From: the human T2T-CHM13v2.0 reference genome, Homo sapiens
Strand: one strand, 5' to 3'
Assembly (NCBI RefSeq): GCF_009914755.1
Contig: NC_060932.1
DNA: 64,000 bases
Positions within the stretch are counted from its first letter, which is position 1. Each line of letters opens with the position of its first letter. Positions 31,541 through 42,663 of the stretch are shown piece by piece. The position numbers and the translations under genes are program-made. Under the pieces are notes generated by a model, which worked only from the letters and a program-made list of their open reading frames with translations, had not been told where the DNA came from and searched no databases.

Positions 31541-32554
31541 ACATTGCTCCTGTTGCTCGATCATCTGACCAAAGAAGATGGAAATCCAGCAGGTTTTATC
31601 CAAAGGAACTGAGTCTTTGGTGGACCAACCCAGGTGCGTTTCACTGATGTATCTATAAATGAGCAGTTGGCTCCCTGGAGGAATGTAGGAGAAATTTTCT
31701 AGCAATGTAAAATAATTAACCATGTTCAGATCTTTAGCAGACTTATGTGGATTAGAAAGATGAATTAACAGCATATTACTTATTGAAACAGCATGAAATA
31801 ACCTCTATTTGTGGGGCCAATACAGTGGGTAGAAATAAATTCCCAAAAATAGCAAATACAGACTCAATTACATCACATTTTTACCTGTCCCTTGCTAACA
31901 TGATTAAGTAAGTGCTTCCAGAATAGTTGACAGTTTGGTCATGACCAATTCCACTAATTATAGGGTACTGGAGAAATCATTTAGATGCCAGAAAAAAAAA
32001 AGAGAGAAAGAGAATTGTATGATCTAATGAAGTTTTCCCATCTCCAATATCTGTGAAACATATTATTTGGTAATACGTTAGAGATGCATATGTAATTTGA
32101 AGTAAATTAATATTATAACCAGGAGTGTCTATTTTGGGACCCACATCTAATTGCAGTTGGTATGGCATGTTTGTCCTTGAGTGCCTGCCTGGTTACCAGG
32201 AGAAAGTCTGTCCTGGGCTCTGCATTAGGCAGGAGACACTGCTTTGCCTGAGCCTGATGAAGGCTTGCATTACTGAGTGGCTGAGGAAACTTCGGTGGGT
32301 CACAGTGCCTCTCAGATACATCTCTTTGAAAAGATCACTGACTAGGGTCCTAAGTCTTTATAAAAATTATCAGTATTTAACAATGATAGGGAAATCAACA
32401 TAGCATGGAGATTTCACTAACCCAACGGAAGAGCTTTGTTTATCGCCCATGACACAGCTGCCCGTTAAAGAGTTCAGATTTGCAAGTCTTAGAAGACTGG
32501 CAAAGGCCAGGTTGTGGAACTTTACACTGGTTCATGAGAATAAAAATATTTCTT

Positions 32555-32990
32555 AAGACAAGGCATTTTTTTGCCTTTGACACTATAGGAATATTGCCTA
32601 GGGACCATAAGCTTCTCAGGGGCCCATAAAAATACTTGAGGCTTAAAAAATATGAAAAGATAACAGCAAAGTTGAAGCTAATAAATGTTTAACGTATACA
32701 AGGTATAACATCATGTTACTCTATTACCTATTAAATTTCTTATTAATTAAATATTGTTTTTGAAAGCAGTTTGTTGACTGGATATTTTTAACTTGCCAAA
32801 AGTCTCAAGAATAAATGATGACTACAGAGAATTCGATGCTACTTTATTTATTTAATTATTTTAAATTAAATGAATTACGTGTTTTACTTAATTTCTACAA
32901 CAAATTATGAAGATATTCCAAAATTTTTACATCAAAATAGTATATTAATTATCTTTAACAAGTGACATAAAGCTTTTAAAAATATATGCG
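32555..32990. mobile_element. Possible old hAT-type DNA transposon remnant
   Basis: tgcctagggaccataagcttctcaggggcccataaaaat followed by AT-rich body resembles hAT-Tip100-like termini; family not pinned down. Confidence 0.35.
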
Positions 32991-33496
32991 ATACAAACTG
33001 CATGGTACTTCTAGCAGTAAGGTTGTCCAAAGCTAGACTAGGTTTCGAATGAGTCAGAGTATGACGATAAGCAACAGAAAGATTTCTATGCAAACAGCAT
33101 CAGATAAGTCCAAGAAAAAGCATCTGAGAAATCTAACCAATAGGCAGAGTCCAGAGGTGGAGACTATGAAATATGGGCCATGAGGGAAGGTTGTCAGCAG
33201 GTACCCATGCAATACTTACCTTCACCAAGAGAGGACTGGCAATAGCAACAAGCCATGGTCACAGCCTTAGACCAGCAAACTAGGGTTCAGAGTTAGGGCT
33301 TTTTTTTTCTTTTTTTTTTTTTCTGAGGAATAAGTCAAATGTTGCATTATTACAAGGCAGCACAAGGTAAAGTTGACCTCGGTAGCAAGTTTGACTTGCT
33401 TAAGAGTTTCATGAGTTTTAAGCTAGAACTCAGTGTTCCCCCTGACCACGAACAGGTTCCAGTCTGGGTAAAGATTAGGATGTGAGAATCAAGAAA

Positions 33497-33690
33497 GTCA
33501 GCAAGTATTAATTAAGCCCTTACTATGCACCAAGGCTGTGCTAAATTTTGGGAATACAGTAGAGAACAAGCCAGATGTTAACTACTATGCCATACTGCTT
33601 AATGTCTAATGAGAAAGACAGATATTAGACCAATAACAAGTGGGATAAGTGCTACTGAAGAGAAGCACAGGGTGCTAAAAAAGTAGAACA
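33497..33690 (-). mobile_element. L2 3' end
   Basis: cagcaagtatttaattaagccc ttactatgcaccaaggctgtgctaaattttgggaatacag-type antisense L2 tail. Confidence 0.7.
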
Positions 33691-34128
33691 AAGACTATGG
33701 GAGCAAGAGATCCAAACAGATCATTACAGAAAAATCAAACTAGATCAAGCATGCCTAGAGCTAGAAACTTTATTGACAGGATAATCTCCTTCAGGTAGGG
33801 GACATCACAGCAGAAGCTGCTGGAGGACTGGACAGGAGCTTGGCATGAAAGCATTTCTAAGGATTTTGTAGGACAGCTATATCAATCAGGGCTGAAGAGT
33901 CCTTGGTTAGCCCTGAGTGGACAGGATCTTCCCTAGGGCAACATGTGACACTGAGAAATGCTATCTTGAAATATATTTAAGGGGCTCTGGATTACTGTGC
34001 TTATTCTCATAAATGGGCAATCATTTAAAGATTGTACTAACACTGTTTGTCAGACACTTTGGCTATTATACTTGCCAGTGACTAGTTAGTGTCACCTTAC
34101 TGGATTGTCCTGTTGATAAATCTGTCCC

Positions 34129-34441
<313 letters not shown>

Positions 34442-36519
34442 CCTTTTAGTCTTTAACATGCAACTTAGGCCCTTGAAGCCTCAGGCATCCATAACACATG
34501 TATAATTCTTTAGAATTATAAATAAGTTGTATTCAACACCAATTAACATCAACATCAAAAATATTGTGCATGGCACACATCTCATGCAAGCAGCAAGCAC
34601 TGACTGTACAAAGTACGCTCAATTGGAACTCTCCCAGCCCAAATGACTTCATGCAGAGAAAATAAATAACAGTGAACAGGCAGTATGATTTGGGTAAAGT
34701 AGACTTTTTTTGGGTTTTGTTTTGTTTTCTTTTTCAACCTCCAGCAGCCCTTAGCACAATGCCTTACTCATTAAATATTTGTTAAAATGAGTAGTGTACA
34801 GAACTTGGTGTGTTTTTCCAATGCCACATCTGATTCTGAAAGTCAACCACTCCAAGTTAAATCACCTAGCATTTTTATTTTAGAGAGAGTACTCCTCTCC
34901 CTTTGCCTTCCTCTGAAGCAGAGAGACAAAATGTGATAATGCAATCATTTGCACTGAGCATGTTCTGGCTGAAAGGACTTTTGTAGTTTCTTTGAGTCTC
35001 AGAGAATGGTATTCATTGTTAGTCTTTAGTATTTGAAGATGACCTCACTGATAGGATTTTATCCCCAAGTGGCTGAAAGAGCTGTGGTCTAGGAGGCGTG
35101 TGGGTGTGGGAAGGCTTTTCTTTGGTTTGTGGGGCCTGGTATTTGTAGTGCCACCTTTCTTCAGGCTGCTTGTCAAGATAAGTTGGCTCATGTCTGTTAG
35201 TTGTACACCAGGTTCCTCTGTTGGCAGGTGTTCTATTCCAGAATTCCATAGTTATCGACAAATGGACTATGTCAACACAAGCTTTTATTGTGTTTTGAGG
35301 TACTTTTGGAGCCTCTGGCAGCTGCTCTCATTTTGCAGAGCAAAACTGCTGCTGAAGGTTTGGTAAAGGTTAATTTTTAAATGGATTCTATGCTGCTATA
35401 TGTGGCATCTCCCTTGGTATTTGAATCATTCAGCACATAACCCCATCGTTAGATCATTTTTTTGTGAAATTTTTGTTGGTCACCTTTAAAGCTACATCAA
35501 TCACTTGGTAATGGAAAAAAAGTCAATGTAATGATCTGCTTTGAAAATAAACAGTCTAACTTGACTTTGGCATTGAGAGCCTATTATCATGTGGTAACAT
35601 CATTCTATTCCAATGACATTAACTGCTAAGGATGTTATCGTGGTGGAAAATATTTCAATTTTGTTATCGGAACAATGAAGCTGTGATATTTAATTATGAA
35701 GAAGTATGTTTAATTTGGGGAATCTGGCACGTTGACTGCCACAGTTTACTTGTCAGAAGCCTGGGCAATGGTAATGAAATTTGGACACAATATTATTTAG
35801 TGACCCACCAAAGTTATTGATTCAACAGGTTTTCTTGCTTTCTCATGTTTTCTTTGTAATATTATTTCTTCCATTAAGTCCGTTGATTAACAAATTAACT
35901 AATTAATGAACCCAATTAATACATTGCAGTACTAGCTAGTAGAGAAGGGCTAGGGTATGAAGAATAGCATCTCTGGCTAGTTTTTACTTTTGGAAGGTGA
36001 GATCTGTTTAAATGACACAGCAAGAAAAGCACTTCCAAATTGAAATGTTAACAACATAAGGGGAGTTTTTTCTCCCTTCCCCCACACATTTTGTGTTGAG
36101 AAAATTGAAAATAAAACAAAGCAAATAGACATATGGATTATACTGATAAACATATTAATGTGATGAATTAAAGCTGATCATAAAGTGGTAGAGTCAGTGC
36201 CACTGAAATAAGATTTGAAATGCAATACAGAGTATGGCCTGTTCTACAGTAACTCTTCTGCTGAAAATCAGCTGTAGCATCCTCCCTTCTTAAATGACCT
36301 TCAGTTACAGCTGCTGGCTAGCCAAGAAATAGCTGGGCCCCCTTTCCTGAGTACCTATTATGTGTCAGACATTATACTTGGTCTTAGGGCATAAATGGAC
36401 AGTACAGACATTGTCCCCAAAGTGCTCTCTATCTCATGGGAGACAGGCAGAATAAATGATGAGGCTTTTTGTTTACAATGTACAATAATGTAATACATTA
36501 GTAAGAACCAGTTAATCAG

Positions 36520-36705
36520 GAACTCAGAGAATCCTGCAATACCTGAGCCAGAAGAAACTCAGAAAGCATAGAGTCCACTCTTGTTTGACAGTGAAGCTTC
36601 TGAACATCTGAGAATTGCAGTGGCTTGCCCAAGGTCATGGAGCAAGTTGGTGGCAGAACTAGGACCAGCACCCAGTCTGCAGGACAGTGTTCTTTCTGCT
36701 GCTTT
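36520..36705 (-). mobile_element. MIR fragment
   Basis: agtggcttgcccaaggtcatggagcaagttggtggcagaactaggaccagcacccag. Confidence 0.7.
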
Positions 36706-37274
36706 ACACTCCTTTCAGAGCTCTAGTCCCAGCCTGGTGTCAAGGGGATTGGAATTCTGCTGCAGAAGGAGTTGCAGAGGGAGACTTTGCTTCACAATTT
36801 CCCTTGGTTGCAAGCTGTGATGTGAAAACTTTATGTTTCCTTTTTGTTTATCTGGGGGCGAAGGATAGATTCCAGGAGAACCTGGCTAATGGCAGGCTGT
36901 TTCTGCAGCTGGGCCAGAGATGCTCAGTGCCCTGGTTTTGGCTGCTGAAACATTCTGAGTCATTCACTTGGAGTGTCCCCAGATTCACAAAAGTGCCACA
37001 GGGACCACAAAGCAGAAGCTTTGTATATGTGGAAGGCTGGGAAGAATGGAGGGGATTGTACTGAGGGCTACCACCAAATTCACATGGGAGGTGTGTTCTC
37101 ACACATGGTATAAGAACACAAAAATGCCCTTTTTTTCCAGACAGGGGGCCACAATCAGAAGGTTGGTGACATCAAACTGTGAAGAAAAGTAGCCCTGCCT
37201 GCTTGTGAACGAGCATAGGTAATTGACAGAAATATGCTCTTTCTGGCTTGTTTTTGTTTGTTGTAAACTATTTG

Positions 37275-37705
37275 CTATTTCTAAAAACTGTATGTATTTA
37301 TGGTATAAAACATGATTTTTTTTTGAAAACTGGGGATTTGTACATTGATCATGAACCCCACAAGGTAGATGCTCTCACCACCCCCTTTTTGTACAGAAAG
37401 AAAGTGAAGCACAGAAAGGTAAAGTTGCCCAAGGTCAGGTAACTAGTGGGCATCCAAGCTGCCATTCAAACTCGGCAGCCTGCTTCCACAGTCCGTGCTC
37501 TTCCTCATGTGGCCTCTGGCATTTGTCTCTGGAGTAATTTCACACTTTCTCCTTTCCAAGGGATCTTGAAACAACATGATGTTTTGATGTACATATACAT
37601 TGTGGAATGGCTAAATAAAGCTAATTAACATAGGCATTATCCACGAACATCACCTTTTTTGCTGGTGAAAACATTTAAAAGTTACTCAAATCTGTTCTCT
37701 TAGCA
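37275..37705 (-). mobile_element. L1MA-like 3' end split by a ~250-bp MIR-containing insert (37322-37570)
   Basis: aaaaactgtatgtatttatggtataaaacatgat on the left continues as caacatgatgttttgatgtacatatacattgtggaatggctaaataaagctaattaacata on the right; MIR core gaagcacagaaaggtaaagttgcccaaggtca lies between. Confidence 0.7.
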
Positions 37706-38269
37706 GTGGCCTTTCTGACTTGTACTTCTTCGCTTCAGCTCAGTGCTTTTTGTCAGTTCTCTTAGTATATACAAGCCAAAATCTTCTTAGTCCGTAGACT
37801 CTCTAGAATGTCTATCAGAGAGAAGTCATTAAATAACTGGTTTTAAATAACCCAAAACTTTGTAGGTTAATTCAAAAGTGAGTGCTGTGTAAACTTGGCA
37901 TTGTTATATTTTACAGAGAAGCCTTATTTTGTTCTGCCAAACTTTATTAAAAAACAAAAACAATATACCAATGGACAGAATTTTCTCTGCCACTTGAGGA
38001 GCCCCTATCCCAAACCGAAACTACTGAAGCTGATCACACAGGCATACACATCACTGGTAACTCTATAAGAAATAAAAGGAAAAATGAATATGTCTGGTTA
38101 CCACAAGCCCATGTAATAATGCATGGCTGTGTGACACAGAAAACGGTATATAGGTCAAAAATGCCTTGGAAAAATACAAATTTTTAAAATATGGAATATG
38201 TAGACCTTAATCCACTTGGTCACATTTTTATATTAACACATGAATGTATTATATTTGCAGTTAAGTAGG

Positions 38270-38460
38270 AGGCAGCATGTTGGAGAGGGAAAGTGAGCAT
38301 GTGAGTCACACTATGAAGGTTAGGATCCTTATTCAGACCCTGGGAAGGTTACTTAATCTTTTTGAATCTCAGTTTTTCTTTGGAAAAATGAGAAATTTAT
38401 TTATGTAAAAGTCTTGGCACAGCATTCACCGCATTATGGGCATTCAGTAAATGTTAGTCC
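38270..38460 (+). mobile_element. MIR
   Basis: gaccctgggaaggttacttaatctttttgaatctcagtttt...tgggcattcagtaaatgttag. Confidence 0.7.
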
Positions 38461-38737
38461 AAGTTTCCTTCCTAATTCCTGTTTTTTTTTTTTTTTTTTA
38501 AACAATAGCACTCTTACAATTGAGTCTCTTGGTGGGCATATCTGTTTTATTATACAATCCTAATAGAGAAAAGCTCTCAGAAGACCAACCTGGAAGGAAT
38601 GCCCCAAGAGAGGCTGCAGGTTCTGTCTGAGATGTAAAGGAAAATCAATCAAGAGCAAAGCTGCAGAGAAAGAGAGAAAGGAAGAAACCAAAAAACACAT
38701 CTTTCCCCTTTGTGGTATCAGTCAGTGTTCCAAAGGC

Positions 38738-38883
38738 ACGGCCATCCCATCATTTATTGTCCAAACTGGGATGCTTTTGAAAGTGAAGAAAGACAGGGAA
38801 AAATATCAAGTCTGGCAGGATGCAAAGGGAACAGACATCCATCCTGGACTGTTCAGAGCAAACCAGGACATATAGTCACTACA
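38738..38883. mobile_element. MER94-like hAT-Blackjack MITE
   Basis: atttattgtccaaactgggatgcttttgaaagtgaa...ggactgttcagagcaaaccaggacatatagtcacta. Confidence 0.65.
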
Positions 38884-41584
38884 TCTACAGGAGTTCATTG
38901 GACCTCACTCAATGTGAGACCACAAGATTTTGGCCTAAATCCCCAGTGGGCTCCTAATGGTTAGACACACTAGGGTCAGTTACACAACCTTCCTGAGGCT
39001 CAATTGATTTGTTTGAGGAAGGGGGTTAATGAGAGCTATGCTTCAGGGCTGTTCTCATGGTCAAAGAAATACAGCACTTCATACAAGACGCTGTATAACA
39101 AATGGAGAATATGTTAGGTTCATATGGCATACAGAAAGATGAGAAGGGTTTGAGAATAAGGAGACAAGTGAATCTCCCGAAGGGCAAGAGTCTCCCCATC
39201 CCTGTCTTCAACTTCACAAAACTTAGAATATCAGGGCAGTGGGGGAGAGAAATGAAATGTACAATCATCTTGGGCTAGTTGCTGTTAATTTTGTATTTGG
39301 TTAACTAATTCTATTAAGTATTTTTGCCAGATATACTATTGTTATATATATTTTTTATCTAATCAATTACATGATAATCTAAAAAACTGAATGGATCAGA
39401 GATCAAGAAGGAAGACATGTATTTGGGGAAAAGACTATTGCTGAATGTGTGCATGCTGGCAGTGAATTCAGATTAGGAGGGTTCAGCTGCAATAATTTGG
39501 GACTAATTGCTTCCTCTTCCCTAAAATGTATAAATGGCCATGGAGATGCTGGAGCCTCCTACCAAAAGGGGAGCAGTAACCCCTCCTTTGCCCATCTCTC
39601 CTACTCATAGGAAGATAGATTTCCAACTACAAATAAATTCATGTCTGATGTGTGTGCTTATATCACGATAGGTGTGAACTCACCACTAGTTAGGTAACAT
39701 TTTGAATTCTCATATTTTTCCCCAATCTGCCCGCTATTCTTTATATACATGAATACCTACTTCCGTTTATTCCAAACTACCCAGGCAAGGAAACACTTTA
39801 AGAAACATACCACTGCTGAGCCTTGAATAGGTATCCAAATACCTGATCAGTATAAATGCCATGTCTACAGACATCATCATCCTGAAATAGGTTAGTTGTT
39901 AAAACAAAACAGGGGATGTCTGAATATTCTGTCATGCATGATTATTTATTTGTCTGTGTGTTTACTTTTGTTGTGTCTGTATCAGCAAAGGAGAGGAGGA
40001 AGTTGAGATCTGGAATGTTTTAACAGTAGATTAAAAACTGGACCATTAATGGTTATTGAAATGAGATTAAAACACGTTTATGAGAAAGAACCGCATTGGT
40101 GGGATGAGGTTGTCCACTCATTGAACTGATAACACCATATTTTCATTGACGTTTCTTCTTAAAGCCAAGCCATTTTAAAAAGCCCTGCTTTTGTAAGCGT
40201 GGGTGTTTTCCACCTGCCTTTTAAGAAATAGTCCTGGGGAGGGCAAGATGGCCAAATAGGAACAGCTCTAGTCTACAGCTCCCAGTGAGACCAACACAGA
40301 AGGCAGGGGATTTCCGCATTTCCAACTGAGGTACCCAGTTCATCTCACTGGGACTGGTTAGGCAGTGGGTGCAGTCCATGGAGGGTGAGCAGAAGCAGGG
40401 TGGGGCATCACCTCACCCAGGAAGTACAAGAAGCCAGGGACCTCTCTCCTTCAGCCAAGGGAAGCCATGAGAGACTGTGCTATCCAACCCAGATACTACA
40501 CTTTTCCCACGGTTTTTGCAATCCGCAGACTAGGAGATTCCTTCCTGTGCCTACACCACCAGGGCCCTGGGTTTCAAGCACAAAACTGGGCAGCTGTTTG
40601 GGCATTGGGCAGACACAGAGTAGCTGCAGGAGTTTTTTTGTTTGTTTGTTTTTCTGTACTCCAGGGGCGCCTGGAACCCCAGGGAGAGAGAACCGTTCAC
40701 TCTCCTGGAAAGGCGGCTGAAGCCAGGGAGCCAAGTTGTCTCGCTCAGTGAGTCCCACTCCCATGGAGCTCATCGAGCTAAGAACCACTGGTTTGAAATT
40801 TTCGCTGTCAGCACAGCCATCTGAAGTTGACCTGGGATGATCGGGCTTGGTGAGGGGAGGAGCGTCTGCCATTACTGAGGCTTGAGTAGGCAGTTTTCCC
40901 CTGACAGTGCCAAGGAGGCCAGGAAGTTTGGACTGGGTGTAATTCACCACAGCGTGGCAAAGCAGCTGTGGCCAGACTGGATCTCTAGATTCCTCCTCAC
41001 TGGCCAGGGCATCTCTGAAAGAGAGGCAGAAGCCCCAGTCAGGGCTTACAGATAAAACTCCTATTTCCCTGGGACAGAGCACCTGGTGGCAGGGGCAGAT
41101 GTGGGCGCAGCTTCAGTGGACTTAAACGTTCCTGTCTGTCTGCTCTGAAGAGAACAGTGAATCTTGACAAGGAGGATTCTCCCAGCATAGCGCTCGAGCT
41201 CTGCTAAGGGACAAACTGCCTCCTCAAGTGGGTCCCTACCCCCTTGCCTCCTGACTGGGAGAGATCTCCCAGCAGGGATCTACACCTCATACAAAAGTGC
41301 TCCAGTTGGCATCAGGCCAGAGCCCCTCTAGGACTAAGCTTCCAGAGCAAGAGGCAGGCAGCAATCTTCGCTGTTCTGTCACCTCCACTGGTGATATGAG
41401 GCAAACAGGGTCTGAAGTGGACCTCCAGCAAACTGCAGCAGACCTGCAGAAGAGGAGCCTGACTATTAGAAGAAAAACTAACAAACAGAAAAATAACGTC
41501 CATATCAACAAAAAAGACCCCCATACAAAAACCCCATCCAAAGGTCATCAGCCTCAAAGATCAAAGGCAGATAAATCCATGAAG

Positions 41585-42603
41585 ATGAGGAAAAACCAGA
41601 GCAAAAATACTGAAAATTCCAAAAACTACAATACCTCTTCTCCTCCAAATGATTACAACTCCTCTCTAGCAAGGGCACAAAACTGGATGGAGAATGAGTT
41701 TGATGAATTGATAGAAGTAGGCTTCAGAAGGTGGGTAATAACAAACTCCTCTGAGCTAAAGGAGCATGTTCTAACCCAAGGCGAGGAAGCTAAGAACCAT
41801 GATAAAACGTTCCAGGAACTGCTAACTAGAATAAACAGTTTAAAGAAGAACACAAATGACTGTATGGAGCTGAAAAACATAAAAAGAGAACATCACGAAG
41901 CATACACAAGTATCAATAGGCAAATCGATCAAGTGGAAGAAAGGATATTAGAGATTGAAGATCAACTTTCTGAAATAAGGTATGAAGACAAGATTAGAGA
42001 AAGAATGAAAAGGAATGAACAAAGCCTCCAAGAAACATGGGACTATGTGAAAAAGCCAAACCTACAATTGATTGGTAAACCTGAAAGTGACAGGGAGAAT
42101 GGAACCAAGTTGGAAAACACACTTCAGGATGTTATCCAGGAGAACTTCCCCAACCTAGAAAGATGGTCCAACATTCAAATTCAAGAAATACAGCACCATT
42201 AAGACACTCCTTGAGAAGAGCTACTCCAAGACACATAATTGTCAGATTCTCCAAGGTTGAAATGAAGAAAAAAATGTTAAGGGCAGCCAGAGAGAAAGGT
42301 CAGGTTACCTATAAGGGGAAGCGCATCAGAATGACAGTGGATCTCTCCGAAGAAACCCTACAAGCCAGAAGAGAGTGGGGACCAATATTCAACATTCTTA
42401 AATAAAATAATTTTCAACCCAGAATTTCATATCCAGCCAAACTGAGCTTCATAAGCAAAGGAGAAGTAAAATCCTTTCCAGACAAGAAAATGCTGAGGGA
42501 TTTTGTCACCACCAGACCTGCCTTACAAGAGCTCCTGAAAGAAGCACTAAATATGGAAAGGAAACACCGCTACCAGCCACTGCAAAAACACACCAAAACA
42601 TAA
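41585..42603 (+). pseudogene. L1 ORF1p remnant (open to 42202, then frameshift and stop)
   Basis: MRKNQSKNTENSKN...WDYVKKPNLQLIG..NGTKLENTLQDVIQENFPNL; second frame RRATPRHIIVRFSKVEMKKKMLRAAREKG...ARREWGPIFNILK*. Confidence 0.9.
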
Positions 42604-42663
42604 AAACCAACAGCACTCTGAAGAAACTGCATCAACTAATGTGCAAGATAACCAGCTAGCAAC

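Noticed and set aside
36581-37192. Cluster of overlapping 74-125 aa ORFs
   Set aside because: Partly MIR-derived, no domain similarity, explained by locally higher GC
41297-42202. Longest ORF (301 aa) as a novel gene
   Set aside because: It is L1 5'UTR read in frame into a truncated ORF1p; it starts at a non-ATG codon and ends at a frameshift
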